Positions 53,252 to 63,350 of a stretch of 64,000 nucleotides of DNA are shown here, piece by piece. Position 1 is the stretch's first letter. Every line of letters begins with the position of its first letter. Position numbers and translations under genes: made by a program. The notes under the pieces are model-generated. The model was not told the DNA's origin and did no database searches. It was given only the letters and a program-made list of their open reading frames with translations. The DNA is from Archaeoglobaceae archaeon (GTDB lineage Archaea; Halobacteriota; Archaeoglobi; Archaeoglobales; Archaeoglobaceae), in NCBI GenBank assembly GCA_027028145.1, contig JALVJV010000010.1, positions 6,979 to 70,978 of the forward strand. The letters are read 5' to 3'.

Positions 53252-56200
53252 TTAGCTTTCGGCTCTCTTTATTCCGATTTCGACCTTCATTCCTTCGATG
53301 TCCCACTCTTTGATGTAGCCTTCTCTCGGCTTACCAAATTCGAGTTTCACGGAGCGAGTTTCGTGCTTTATGTAATCCACCCAACCTTCCACGAGCTTAG
53401 GATCGATGTCTACAACGCTCTCTATGAACTCCTCAACATTAAGATCGAGCTCCTTTCTCATCTCCTGTATCCTTCTCACGACTTCTCTCGCAAAAGCTTC
53501 CCTCTTCAACTCCTCATCCAACACCGTGTAGACGTAAACGACTCCTTTCGAGAATTCGGAATACTCGTAGCCTTCGGGAATCTTGTATTCCACGATCAGA
53601 GCCTCATCTACGCCGAACTTCATACCGTCGAACTCTATCTCACCCTTGCTCAGAATATCGGCTATTTCGTCCTTACTCAAGCCTTCGACGAACTTGGCGA
53701 AGTCCTTAATCCTTCCCTTGAGCTTCGGACCCAATGCCTTGTAGTTCGGCTTGACAACCACATCCTTTTCAAACTCCTTGACTACTTCAACTTCCTTGAC
53801 GTTGCACTGAGTCTTGATTATGTCCTCAAGCTTTCTTACGGCTTTCTCAACGTCTTCATCTTTAGCCTCGATTACGACCTTTCTCAACGGCCATCTCAGC
53901 TTTCTCTTAGCCTTCTGCCTCGCGTTGCTGACGGCTTCGAATATCTCCCTGACAACATCCATGCACCTTTCAAGCTCCTCATCGATCAAACTCTCATCCG
54001 GCTCCGGATAATTCTCGAAGAATATCGACTCCTCCGCTTGCTTGAACTCCTTTATGAAGTGCTGGTAGATCCATTCAGCCAAGAACGGAGCGAATGGAGC
54101 GATTATCTTAGCTGTCTTCTCGACGATCCTAAGGATGGTCGTGTAAGTTGCCAACTTTGCCGGAGAATCCTTCTCCTCCCAAACCTTCGGTCTTATAAGC
54201 TGGATATACCACCTGCTGAAATCTTCGACGACGAAATCGAAGAAAGCCCTCACAACCTTATGGAGGTGGTAGTTCTCCATAGCTTCAACCGCAAGCTTGT
54301 TAAAGCTTTCGAGTCTCGAAAGGATCCATCTGTCTTCTACGCTCAAATCGACTTCGCTGAGAGGCATCTCCCTATAATTGTCGAGGCTCATGTATGTGTA
54401 GGCGAATCTGACTGCGTTCCAGTAGATGTTGAGCATCCTTAGAACGTTCCTCGCATCCTCCCAGCTGAAACGTAGATCCTCCCAAAGGGCCGATGAGAGA
54501 ACGTAAAGTCTGAATCCGTCAACGCCTATTCTTTCCACCACTTCCTCCGGCTCGACAACGTTGCCCAAGCTCTTGCTCATCTTCCTACCCTGCTCATCGA
54601 GCGTGAATCCGTGCATTAGCACGGTTTTGTATGGTGCCTGCCCAAACGCTATTACGCTCGCACCAAGTTGAGAGTAGAACCATCCTCTCGTCTGATCGTG
54701 CCCTTCGGTTATGAAATCCGCCGGCCAAATCCTTCTGAATTCGTCTTCGCTCATTTCAAACGGAAACTTCAGCGTCCCCCAGCTTGCGACACCGCTGTCG
54801 AACCATACGTCGAAGACGTCCTTGACTCTGCGCATAGTTCCTCCGCATTCGCATTCGAAGGTAACCTCGTCAATCTTCGGACGGTGAAGATCCAAATCGT
54901 TCTCCCAAGGAACCTCCTTTATGCTACCTACAACCTTCCACTTCCCGCACTTCTCGCAAATCCAAACCGGAATCGGGATTCCCCAGTAACGCTGTCTGCT
55001 TATGCACCAATCCTTAGCGTTGCTTACCCAATCCTTGAACCTCGAAGCTCCGGCCCATTCGGGAACCCATCTAACCTTGTCGATTTCTTCGAGCATCTTA
55101 TCCTTAAGCTTCGACACAGCCAAAAACCACTGCTCGGTCGCACGGTAAATAATCGGCGTCTTGCATCTCCAGCAGTGCCCGTATCTGTGGATAATCTTCT
55201 CTTCGGCTAAAAGCAAACCCTTACGCTTTAGATCTTCTATTATGACCCTGTTGGCATCAAATACGTGCAATCCGGCATACTTCCCGGCTTTATCAGTATA
55301 AACGCCTCTATCGTCAACCGGATTGAATACCTCCAAACCCACTTGAATACCCAGCTCGTAATCCTCCAAACCGTGTCCGGGTGCTACGTGAACGCAACCG
55401 GTGTTTTCCGCCGTAACGAAGTCAGCCGTATAAACAGCGTGCTTCCAATTGCTCTGAATCGGCACCTCATCCGCGAGTGGATGCTCATACTCAAGACCCA
55501 CCAAATCTTCGCCCAAATAAGTCTCGACGATCTCCCACTGTTCGTAACCGCCCTTTCTGAGCACGTCATCGGCTAAATCCTTAGCAAGGATCAGATATTC
55601 GATTTTCCCATCCTTCAAAGCCTTGAATTTGGCGTATTCGAGAGAAGGATGAACTGCAACGGCCATGTTAGCCGGCAGAGTCCAAGGCGTCGTCGTCCAG
55701 ATTACTATATACGTATCCTCCCGACCCTTAACCGGGAACTTGACGTAAATTGACGTATCCTCCTTATCCTTATATTCGACTTCGGCATCGGCCAAAGCCG
55801 TCTCGCATCTCGGACACCAGTTCACGACCCTCAGCTTCCTCTCAAGCAACCCCTGCTCGTGGGCACGTTTTATCGTCCACCATGCGGAATCGATGTATTC
55901 GGCTTTTATCGTCATATACGGATTCTCCCAGTCCATCCAAACTCCCAAGGCTTTGAACTGCTCAGTCATCATGTCCTTATTCTTCAACGCGTATTCCATA
56001 CACTTAGCAACGAACCTATCGATCCCGTAGCTCTCGATGTCCCTCTTCGTTTTAAAGCCGAGCTCCTGCTCAACCTTAACCTCGATCGGCAATCCGTGCA
56101 TATCCCAGCCCGGAGTGTCAGCGACTCTGTAACCGCGCATTCGCTTGTATCTTAGAATGGTATCCTTTATGACCTTGTTCCAAGCCGTTCCCAAGTGAAT

Positions 56201-56344
56201 TCTTCCGGTGGTGTAAGGAGGGCCGTCGACGAAGAAGAACTTTTTATATCCTCTACTCTTAACCTTCTGATAGATTTGATGAGCATTCCAGAACTCCGCG
56301 ATCTCTCTTTCTACATCTTTGGGTGAGTATATACTCGGAAACAT
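53252..56344 (-). CDS. ileS: Isoleucyl-tRNA synthetase
   Basis: PYTTGRIHLGTAW (HIGH), KMSKS, CP1 editing domain, Zn-binding CPRC/CEKC. Internal Met 56344 preferred over 56404. Confidence 0.95.
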   Translation of the reverse strand: MFPSIYSPKDVEREIAEFWNAHQIYQKVKSRGYKKFFFVDGPPYTTGRIHLGTAWNKVIKDTILRYKRMRGYRVADTPGWDMHGLPIEVKVEQELGFKTKRDIESYGIDRFVAKCMEYALKNKDMMTEQFKALGVWMDWENPYMTIKAEYIDSAWWTIKRAHEQGLLERKLRVVNWCPRCETALADAEVEYKDKEDTSIYVKFPVKGREDTYIVIWTTTPWTLPANMAVAVHPSLEYAKFKALKDGKIEYLILAKDLADDVLRKGGYEQWEIVETYLGEDLVGLEYEHPLADEVPIQSNWKHAVYTADFVTAENTGCVHVAPGHGLEDYELGIQVGLEVFNPVDDRGVYTDKAGKYAGLHVFDANRVIIEDLKRKGLLLAEEKIIHRYGHCWRCKTPIIYRATEQWFLAVSKLKDKMLEEIDKVRWVPEWAGASRFKDWVSNAKDWCISRQRYWGIPIPVWICEKCGKWKVVGSIKEVPWENDLDLHRPKIDEVTFECECGGTMRRVKDVFDVWFDSGVASWGTLKFPFEMSEDEFRRIWPADFITEGHDQTRGWFYSQLGASVIAFGQAPYKTVLMHGFTLDEQGRKMSKSLGNVVEPEEVVERIGVDGFRLYVLSSALWEDLRFSWEDARNVLRMLNIYWNAVRFAYTYMSLDNYREMPLSEVDLSVEDRWILSRLESFNKLAVEAMENYHLHKVVRAFFDFVVEDFSRWYIQLIRPKVWEEKDSPAKLATYTTILRIVEKTAKIIAPFAPFLAEWIYQHFIKEFKQAEESIFFENYPEPDESLIDEELERCMDVVREIFEAVSNARQKAKRKLRWPLRKVVIEAKDEDVEKAVRKLEDIIKTQCNVKEVEVVKEFEKDVVVKPNYKALGPKLKGRIKDFAKFVEGLSKDEIADILSKGEIEFDGMKFGVDEALIVEYKIPEGYEYSEFSKGVVYVYTVLDEELKREAFAREVVRRIQEMRKELDLNVEEFIESVVDIDPKLVEGWVDYIKHETRSVKLEFGKPREGYIKEWDIEGMKVEIGIKRAES

Positions 56345-56533
56345 GCTTTTTAAGCTTCGGCAGACGATTAAAATACTTATCGAATAAGACGATCTATCCG
56401 TCAAAGTTTTCTGGGAGAGACCCCGAACCGAACGGGCGACTTTGGGTCAGCGGGTTCGAGTTCTTCATCGCTAATGCTCAGCGTAGAGCGACCATCATCA
56501 TCAAAACTATTAGTCCGCCGGGGATAATAAACT

Positions 56534-56598
56534 TTGAGGATGATGAGACCGCCAGAACCTGAGCTAACGCAATGATGACCGTGGAACCCTCTGATCAA
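56534..56598 (+). ncRNA. C/D box sRNA (2'-O-methylation guide)
   Basis: C ATGATGA (56540-46), 12-nt guide GACCGCCAGAAC, D' CTGA (56559-62), 9-nt spacer, C' ATGATGA (56572-78), 12-nt guide CCGTGGAACCCT, D CTGA (56591-94). Confidence 0.8.
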
Positions 56599-57043
56599 CG
56601 AACCGCCTTATCTTAACCTTCAGCAGGGATAGATAGCCTAACTCGATCGATGCAACTCTGTTGAACTTCACCCTGTCGACATCGATCTTATCGCACAGAT
56701 ACGTCACACAAGCTCCCTCCCTCGCTCTAAGCCTGCACCCATTTTCACCGCAGAAGAAGCACAGATCGTCCCTGTATCTCTCCTTCGGCAGATCCACTCC
56801 GAGCAGTAAGTTTATTACCAGAGTCGTTTCGTCGTATACATCTTCGACCCACCTCTTACAGCAACTTCCCGTTTCCAATGCACATCGCCTGCATGTCTCC
56901 GTAATTCCGACCGAACGCATAAACTCCCAAGTTCCGTCTATCGCCTCGTTCAGCTTGCGCAGTTCATCCTTCCATTTTCTACTCAAGCTTTCTCCGAACA
57001 GATCGTAGATCTTCTCAGCGAAAGAGATCTTGCGTTCGATCAC
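56564..57043 (-). CDS. YkgJ/UPF0153-type Cys-rich (Fe-S or Zn) protein
   Basis: CRRCALETGSCCKRW (CxxCx5CC) and CFFCGENGCRLR. 159 aa. The 3' end overlaps the plus-strand C/D sRNA. Confidence 0.7.
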   Translation of the reverse strand: MIERKISFAEKIYDLFGESLSRKWKDELRKLNEAIDGTWEFMRSVGITETCRRCALETGSCCKRWVEDVYDETTLVINLLLGVDLPKERYRDDLCFFCGENGCRLRAREGACVTYLCDKIDVDRVKFNRVASIELGYLSLLKVKIRRFVDQRVPRSSLR

Positions 57044-57076
57044 AATGTTAAAAAGGGATCGAGCATATATAACTGC

Positions 57077-57562
57077 ATGGAAGTTCGAACTGGCAGAAGG
57101 TTCGAATTCGAAGCCTTCAAGAGTTGCATTTCTAAAAAGACCAAATTCGTCGTATCGATTTTATACACAACCTTCGCCCTCTTCGGAGCAGTTTACGTAA
57201 GAACGCTGATTTCAAAATACGGATTGAGTTGTTACTCTATTTACTGGATCGCTTACTTCATATACGTGCTCTTCATCTATCCTATCGTTTTGCTCTACTT
57301 CAAAACGAGACCCAAAACTTACAAGGTGACGATGGCTGGAATCATCATCGACGGGCAGAAGATCAAGTGGAGGAACTTCAAAAGGATATCGATCGAAGAT
57401 GACCGCATAGTTCTCGAAAAAACGTTCGGGGATTCGCTCGTAATTCCGATAGAGCTGAAGGACGATATATTAAAGTTCGCTCCGAGGGAATTGGTCAGAA
57501 CGGGACTCTCTCATCACCGATCAGCAAGGAGGTCCGTCATCATCCCATCTAATCTATCCTGA
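57077..57562 (+). CDS. Membrane protein (two TM plus small soluble domain)
   Basis: 161-aa ORF. The C-terminal about 20 codons overlap the minus-strand C/D sRNA and the pyk stop, so the true end may differ functionally. Confidence 0.5.
   Translation: MEVRTGRRFEFEAFKSCISKKTKFVVSILYTTFALFGAVYVRTLISKYGLSCYSIYWIAYFIYVLFIYPIVLLYFKTRPKTYKVTMAGIIIDGQKIKWRNFKRISIEDDRIVLEKTFGDSLVIPIELKDDILKFAPRELVRTGLSHHRSARRSVIIPSNLS
57493..57546 (-). ncRNA. C/D box sRNA (2'-O-methylation guide), immediately 3' of pyruvate kinase
   Basis: Minus strand: C ATGATGA (57543-37), 12-nt CGGACCTCCTTG, D' CTGA (57524-21), 3-nt spacer, C' GTGATGA (57517-11), 12-nt GAGAGTCCCGTT, D CTGA (57498-95). GG/CC terminal pairing. Confidence 0.85.
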
Positions 57563-58946
57563 GTATCCTTATAGTATTTGTCCCGACTTCCGCTGGCTTG
57601 CTCTCCGTGATCATCACCGTGTCGCCTGATTCTATCAACCCCAGATCTCTCAGAAATTCTACGACATCGCCCTCGTCGAAACCACCTTCGATCAAAAACG
57701 GCTGAACGCCGTATGAAAACATAAGCCCGCTACAAGTTTTTTCGTTGTCGCTGAATGCAAGTATCCACTGCTTCGGCTTGAACCTCGAAATGAGTCTTGG
57801 CGTTCTACCCGTCTTTGTCGGAGTTACTATGAACTTCACATCGACTATCTTCAAAGCTTCTACTATTCCGACTGAGATCGCATCCTTTATCGTTCCGCCC
57901 CTTCTTATCTCATCGATATCCAAAGTCGGTTTCAGGTAAGATTCGGTCGTTTTTGCTATCTTCACCATCATTCTAACCGATTCCACCGGATACTTGCCGA
58001 CCGCCGTTTCCTCGGAAAGCATCACCGCATCGCTTCCGTCCAAAATCGCATTAGCAACGTCCGTCACCTCAGCCCTCGTGGGCATCTTGTCGATCGTCAT
58101 CGATTCGAGCATCTGCGTTGCCGTAATTGCGGGCTTTCCTTCGTAGTTAGCCTTCCTGATCAGCTTTTTCTGAATTATAGGGAGTTTCTCAATCGGAATT
58201 TCGACGCCCAAATCACCTCTTGCAATCATTATGCCGTCAGAAGACTCCAGAATCTCGTCGAAGTTCTTGACTGCATCGACCCTCTCTATCTTAGCTATTA
58301 CGAACATCTCCGAACGCTTTCGAATGAACCTCTTGACCTTGATTATGTCGTAAGCGGAACCTACGAAGGAAACCCCGACGGCATCGAAACCCAAATCGAT
58401 CATGAACTTCAGGATCTCGAAATCCCTTTCGGTTAGAGCTTCTAACGGGAGATCGGCTTTCGGAACGTTTATTCCCTTTCTGCTGAAGAGTTTACCCCCA
58501 ACCAAAACCCTGCAGATCACGTCCCCGTTTTCGACGTCTTCGACCTTCAGTTTGATGTATCCGTCGTTAAGGTAGATCACATCCCCCTTGCTCACTATCT
58601 TCGGAAAATCCTTGAACTCAACCGGAATTTCGGAGTCGTTTCCTTCAACATCTCTCGTAGTAAGCACGACTCTCTGACCTTTGTTCAGGATTACCGGCTC
58701 CTTCTCAAGCTTTCCGATCCTTATCTTCACTCCGGGCAGATCGCCCAAAATCGCAACCCTTCTCTCAAGCCTTTCGGAAACCGATCTTATCCTCTCTAAA
58801 ACCTTCTCGTGCTCTTCGAAAGTTCCGTGGGCGAAGTTTATTCTCGCAATGCCAACTCCAGACCTTATAAGCTTTCTCAAAACTTCCTTAGAATTTGATG
58901 AAGGGCCTATGGTTGCGATTATCTTGGTCTTGTGACCGGGAAGCAT
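57549..58946 (-). CDS. pyk: Pyruvate kinase
   Basis: KIIATIGPSS, NFAHG, MIARGDLGVEIP, TQMLESM. 465 aa. Confidence 0.93.
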   Translation of the reverse strand: MLPGHKTKIIATIGPSSNSKEVLRKLIRSGVGIARINFAHGTFEEHEKVLERIRSVSERLERRVAILGDLPGVKIRIGKLEKEPVILNKGQRVVLTTRDVEGNDSEIPVEFKDFPKIVSKGDVIYLNDGYIKLKVEDVENGDVICRVLVGGKLFSRKGINVPKADLPLEALTERDFEILKFMIDLGFDAVGVSFVGSAYDIIKVKRFIRKRSEMFVIAKIERVDAVKNFDEILESSDGIMIARGDLGVEIPIEKLPIIQKKLIRKANYEGKPAITATQMLESMTIDKMPTRAEVTDVANAILDGSDAVMLSEETAVGKYPVESVRMMVKIAKTTESYLKPTLDIDEIRRGGTIKDAISVGIVEALKIVDVKFIVTPTKTGRTPRLISRFKPKQWILAFSDNEKTCSGLMFSYGVQPFLIEGGFDEGDVVEFLRDLGLIESGDTVMITESKPAEVGTNTIRILRID

Positions 58947-58978
58947 TATCTAATTTTGAAGATTTCAAAAATTAAAAG

Positions 58979-59758
58979 TTATCTGAAGTATCTCAGATCT
59001 TCGTCGCTCTTCCACTGTTGCATTGCCGCCTCCTGCATCTCCTTGATCTGGGCGATCAGCTTCTCCATCTCCTTGGCTCTTTCATCCAGCGCTTCAACGC
59101 TTACCTTGAGGTTCAGCATCTTCATTAACACTTCAAGCACGGCTTTCGCACTCTTCGGATCGACCATGTAGCCGGATGTGACTCCCATAAGACATGCCGC
59201 TTCTATGCCTTCAAGCTGTGAAACGCCCAAAAGCAAACCGGAAGCTCCTATTATTCCACCGCTCGGCTCCCCTCTCTCAATCTTTACTCCGTAACTCTTA
59301 AGCTCCTCCACAAGCTTTAGACTGTTCGCCGCTCCGATTACGTAGGGCTCTTCTACGAGCTTGCCGACTCCGTAGCCTCCGAGCGTATATATCCTCACCG
59401 CTCCGAACCTCTTTGCTACTTCTATGTATGCGTTTACCAATTCGAAGTGTCCCTCGCCGTTCATGCTCTGAAAGTCGCCGACGAGTATCAGCAAGTCCGG
59501 AGATTCTCCATCGGATTTGTAAGCGTAAACCTCGTTTTTCGGCAGTCTTATAGTTCCGTCCTCGTTCACCATGACTTGAGGCGGGAAGTGGTGCGAATAT
59601 ATCTCCACCACCTTTTCAGCCTTCAGTTCCTTAACGAGGTGATCCGCCACGAGCTTTCCTACATGCCCTATACCGGGCAGACCTTCGATGAATATCGGTT
59701 TTTCCAAGCCCACATCTTCGGGCTGTTTCAAAAATCTGACGTCAACCCTCTTCAGCAT
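58979..59758 (-). CDS. PAC2-family proteasome assembly chaperone-like protein
   Basis: [20 protein letters not shown]. 259 aa, in the conserved aIF2alpha-nop10 neighbourhood. Confidence 0.75.
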   Translation of the reverse strand: MLKRVDVRFLKQPEDVGLEKPIFIEGLPGIGHVGKLVADHLVKELKAEKVVEIYSHHFPPQVMVNEDGTIRLPKNEVYAYKSDGESPDLLILVGDFQSMNGEGHFELVNAYIEVAKRFGAVRIYTLGGYGVGKLVEEPYVIGAANSLKLVEELKSYGVKIERGEPSGGIIGASGLLLGVSQLEGIEAACLMGVTSGYMVDPKSAKAVLEVLMKMLNLKVSVEALDERAKEMEKLIAQIKEMQEAAMQQWKSDEDLRYFR

Positions 59759-59942
59759 GATGCCACCTCCCTATATTGAAAAAGCCCACCTCCTTTCTGA
59801 GCTTCCTCCTATACTTACCGTAGGGATCCTCTGGAGAGAATTTCGGCGGAATGGGCATGTAAGTTTTGTTTCCGCATTTCGGACAAACGTCTTTGAGAGT
59901 GTATGTTCCGCACTTCGGACACTTTCTCATTCTGACCTTCAT
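59742..59942 (-). CDS. nop10: H/ACA RNP protein Nop10
   Basis: [20 protein letters not shown]...[15 protein letters not shown]. Confidence 0.9.
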   Translation of the reverse strand: MKVRMRKCPKCGTYTLKDVCPKCGNKTYMPIPPKFSPEDPYGKYRRKLRKEVGFFNIGRWHHAEEG

Positions 59943-60748
59943 GCCGCCTCCCTCACGAAGTTACCGTAACCGCCGAGCTTCTTGATAGTCCTTAGAACCC
60001 TATTGACAGCATCCTTAAGCGTCTTCTCAGCAACTTTGTAGTCTTCGGCTTCGATAACTATCCTATACTTCGGAGCACCGATGTATTCGATTTCTATCTT
60101 CACACCGTTCTTCGCGGCTTTGTAAGCTTCCATCAGAGCTTTCTTTATCCTTTCGATTCCATCCGGAGCCAAACTTTTAAGCTCGAAGTATCCCCTAACC
60201 TTAACCCTCGGAGGCTTAACGTTTTCCCTCGCGATCTCAGCTATCGCTTTTGCGAGTTCCTCACCAACTATGGGAACGAGAACCTCGTAACCCTCAAATG
60301 CCGCCTCTTCAAAAGCTTCGTAAACTGTATCATACTCTTTGATCAGCTTTTTACCGACCTTAACGAGTTCCTCGTGACTCAAACCCACTTTTTCTCCGGC
60401 GATCTCAAGCCACTTGAACGCTCTAAGCTCGCTTTTCCACTGTTGCAACTTCTCCTTCTTCTGCCTCTCCGTAACGTCTTTAATCGACAGATCTATGTGT
60501 CCCCTCTTCGGATTCACGCTCAAAACCTTGCAAACGACCTTCTGCCCCTTCTTGACGTGATCTCGGATATCCTTAACCCAACCCGGAGCGACTTCGCTGA
60601 TGTGAACCATTCCCTCTTTATCCTCATACTCATCCAAAGAAACGAAAGCACCGAAATCGAGAACCCTCGTAACCGTTCCGATGACTATCTCACCGGGTGA
60701 GGGATAACCGTCCCTCTTTATTATCAACTTTTGTTGCTCCTCGCTCAT
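59939..60748 (-). CDS. eif2a: Translation initiation factor aIF2 alpha subunit
   Basis: S1 domain [32 protein letters not shown]. Internal Met 60748 preferred. Confidence 0.9.
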   Translation of the reverse strand: MSEEQQKLIIKRDGYPSPGEIVIGTVTRVLDFGAFVSLDEYEDKEGMVHISEVAPGWVKDIRDHVKKGQKVVCKVLSVNPKRGHIDLSIKDVTERQKKEKLQQWKSELRAFKWLEIAGEKVGLSHEELVKVGKKLIKEYDTVYEAFEEAAFEGYEVLVPIVGEELAKAIAEIARENVKPPRVKVRGYFELKSLAPDGIERIKKALMEAYKAAKNGVKIEIEYIGAPKYRIVIEAEDYKVAEKTLKDAVNRVLRTIKKLGGYGNFVREAA

Positions 60749-60882
60749 CCCAACTTCATCTCCTCGATGGAATTTAAACCTTGTCATGCGACGTTGCCGA
60801 GCGGGATGCACCAAGATACACGAAAACGCCCCAAGATTATGCGGACTCTGAAAGGTTTTAAAATCGATCGTGAGATTTCGGC

Positions 60883-62238
60883 ATGATGAACGGAGACGTC
60901 CAGAAGATCATAGAGGAAGCTCTATCGCTTGTAGTTCCGAGTGAAGAGGAGATGAGGAAGGCTAAGGATGCCGAGACCGAGCTCAGAAGGAGACTCGATG
61001 AAGTTTTAAAGAACTACCCCCACCTCGAATACAGGTTTTTGGGGAGCTACGCGAGGAACACTTGGCTAAAAGGAAATTTAGAGATAGACGTCTTCATACT
61101 CTTTCCCGAAGAGACTCCCAAGGAGGAACTCGAGAGAGTCGGTTTGGAAATCGGAAAGGCTGTGGTGGATGAATACGAGCTCAGATACGCCGCCCATCCA
61201 TACGTTCACGGGATCGTTAAGGGCGTCGAAGTTGATGTAGTTCCGTGCTACAAGCTTAAATCGGCTGAGAAGATAAAATCCGCAGTGGACAGAACGCCTT
61301 TCCATCACGACTGGCTTAAGGACAGAATAAGGGGAAAGGAGAACGACGTTAGGTTGCTGAAGAAGTTTTTGAAAGTAGCCGGAATATACGGTGCGGAGTA
61401 TAAGGTCAGGGGATTCTCCGGATACCTCTGCGAGCTTTTGATCGTTTTCTACGGCTCATTCTTGGAGGTCATAAGGAACGCAACCGAGTGGACGAGAAAC
61501 ACGGTTATAGATGTTCCGGCCGGTAAGGTTTACAGAAGGAAGGGGGAATTCTTCGTCATCGACCCCGTCGATCCGAAAAGAAACGTCGCGGCGAATCTGA
61601 GCTTGGATAACCTTGCTAAGTTCGTCCAGCTTTGCAGGGAGTTCCTGAAGAAACCCTCCCTTGACTATTTCGTCGAGAAAGAGCCTGAAATTCCGAGCGA
61701 TGAAATCATCGCAGAGGAGATAGAATCGAGAGGAACGGGGTTGTGTGCCGTGGTGTTCGAGAAGCCGAACATAGTTGAAGACAACCTGTATCCCCAGCTT
61801 GAGAAAGCTTGCAGAAGGATCAACGATTTTCTCAGAAGGGAGAACTTCCTACCTCTCAGAGCGGGATACTTCGCAGACGAAAGCAAGTGTGTGTTGATGT
61901 TCGAAACCCAAGTAAGAGAACTCTCAAAGATAAGAAGGCACGAGGGGCCACCTTTCGAAGAGGAAGAGCACGTTGAAAGATTTCTTAGGAAGGAAAGAAA
62001 GTATAAACCGTTCATAGAGGGCGGAAAGTTTTGGGTTTACGTGGAAAGAAAGAATTGGAAGGTTGAAGATGCTATTTCCGATTTGATAAGAAGAGAGTGG
62101 AGATCAATGGGAAAAAACGTCGGAGAGATGTTGAAAGAAGGATTTGAAGTTTTAACCGGCAAGGATGTCTTGAAAGTCGAAGGTAGAGGGTTCAGAAAGT
62201 TTCTGGTCGATTTCCTCTGTCTTCAGACCAGCGGTTGA
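60883..62238 (+). CDS. cca: CCA-adding enzyme (archaeal class I tRNA nucleotidyltransferase)
   Basis: GSYARNTWLKGNLEIDVFILF and RTPFHHDWL. 451 aa. Confidence 0.9.
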   Translation: MMNGDVQKIIEEALSLVVPSEEEMRKAKDAETELRRRLDEVLKNYPHLEYRFLGSYARNTWLKGNLEIDVFILFPEETPKEELERVGLEIGKAVVDEYELRYAAHPYVHGIVKGVEVDVVPCYKLKSAEKIKSAVDRTPFHHDWLKDRIRGKENDVRLLKKFLKVAGIYGAEYKVRGFSGYLCELLIVFYGSFLEVIRNATEWTRNTVIDVPAGKVYRRKGEFFVIDPVDPKRNVAANLSLDNLAKFVQLCREFLKKPSLDYFVEKEPEIPSDEIIAEEIESRGTGLCAVVFEKPNIVEDNLYPQLEKACRRINDFLRRENFLPLRAGYFADESKCVLMFETQVRELSKIRRHEGPPFEEEEHVERFLRKERKYKPFIEGGKFWVYVERKNWKVEDAISDLIRREWRSMGKNVGEMLKEGFEVLTGKDVLKVEGRGFRKFLVDFLCLQTSG

Positions 62239-62239
62239 A

Positions 62240-62509
62240 TTAAACCTTTATAAGTAGTATTGCCATCGACACTCCAATCACCGCTGGGATTATCCTTTTG
62301 ATAACTACCTTCGGTTTTTCCTTCTTTAAAACGCCTTCAACTGTGAATGCGACTGTAATTCCTATAACCGTAGAGAGCCAGCCAACGAATCCCCTTGGCA
62401 AATCAACTTTTATTAAAAAGAGAGACGTCGTTCCGGCGACCACTCCGGCAATCAGAGCCATGGATGTAAAGAACAACGATCTACCAAGCCTTTCCTTCAC
62501 CGCTACCAT
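62240..62509 (-). CDS. Small membrane protein
   Basis: The ORF-track N-terminus (MARVQIPARA...) is tRNA antisense. The internal Met (MVAVKERLG...) at 62509 gives an 89-aa protein with three hydrophobic segments. Confidence 0.5.
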   Translation of the reverse strand: MVAVKERLGRSLFFTSMALIAGVVAGTTSLFLIKVDLPRGFVGWLSTVIGITVAFTVEGVLKKEKPKVVIKRIIPAVIGVSMAILLIKV

Positions 62510-62575
62510 CTCCCAAGCTTCGGAAAAAGGAGCTCGATTTAAAGTTTGCTCTCGTTGAAAGAGCAAAAAGAAGAG

Positions 62576-62648
62576 TGCGCGGGCCGGGATTTGAACCCGG
62601 GCCAACGCCTCGGAAGGGCGTTGTCCTACCGGGCTAGACTACCCGCGC
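62576..62648 (-). tRNA. tRNA-Gly(UCC)
   Basis: The reverse complement folds as GCGCGGG TA GTCT AGCCCGGTA GGAC A ACGCC CTTCCGA GGCGT TGGC CCGGG TTCAAAT CCCGG CCCGCGC A. Confidence 0.92.
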
Positions 62649-62726
62649 TCATTCGATATAACCTATCCGATGCTTAAAAACATTTCGCATGGTAAATTTT
62701 ATTTTACGAGATAATTAAATGCCGGC

Positions 62727-63350
62727 ATGAGCATCGTCGGTTGGGATGCCAGTCACGGGGAGTTCACAATCGAGGATTACTACTACTTCTCAAAGCTCAG
62801 GAAGTTCGCCGAGAAGGAGGATATCGAAATATACGAGATAAAAAACTTCAGTAAGCTCGGAGAATACGACGTGATCGTATTCAATTATCCGGAGAAGGAT
62901 TTCAGGAGTCAGGAGGTAACCAGAATCAAAAGATGGCTCAAAGCAGGTAAGAGGGTAATCTTCGCCGCATACTACAGCAACATGGACGGCGTTGCGGAGA
63001 GGATAAACAAGGTTCTTGCCAAGATGGACGTGCCGGTGAGGATAAACAACGACGTTGTAATGGATCCCGAGAACAACTACGGCGACATACTCTTTCCCAA
63101 AGGAAAATACAAGGAGCACACCGTGGTTATGCCTTGCTCCGCTTCCGTTACGGCTAAGGACGGCGTAGTGGTTTCATCGTTCGAGACGGCTAAGTGTCAC
63201 CCCACCGGACTTGAAAATCCAGCTTTCGGCGTTAAGCTTAACATGGGCGGCGAGCTGATAGTGCTCGGAACCTGCGTCTTCTGGGACAACTTTGCAATTG
63301 AGGTCGAAGATAACAGGGTCCTGGCCTTGGATCTGCTGAAGGTGTTTTAA
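62727..63350 (+). CDS. Hypothetical soluble protein
   Basis: 207-aa ORF. No motif recognised with confidence. Confidence 0.55.
   Translation: MSIVGWDASHGEFTIEDYYYFSKLRKFAEKEDIEIYEIKNFSKLGEYDVIVFNYPEKDFRSQEVTRIKRWLKAGKRVIFAAYYSNMDGVAERINKVLAKMDVPVRINNDVVMDPENNYGDILFPKGKYKEHTVVMPCSASVTAKDGVVVSSFETAKCHPTGLENPAFGVKLNMGGELIVLGTCVFWDNFAIEVEDNRVLALDLLKVF

Noticed and set aside
53363-54442. 359-aa plus-strand ORF, plus others at 54668-55210, 55265-55576 and 55859-56155
   Set aside because: All lie antisense inside the unambiguous ileS gene. They are typical long shadow ORFs.
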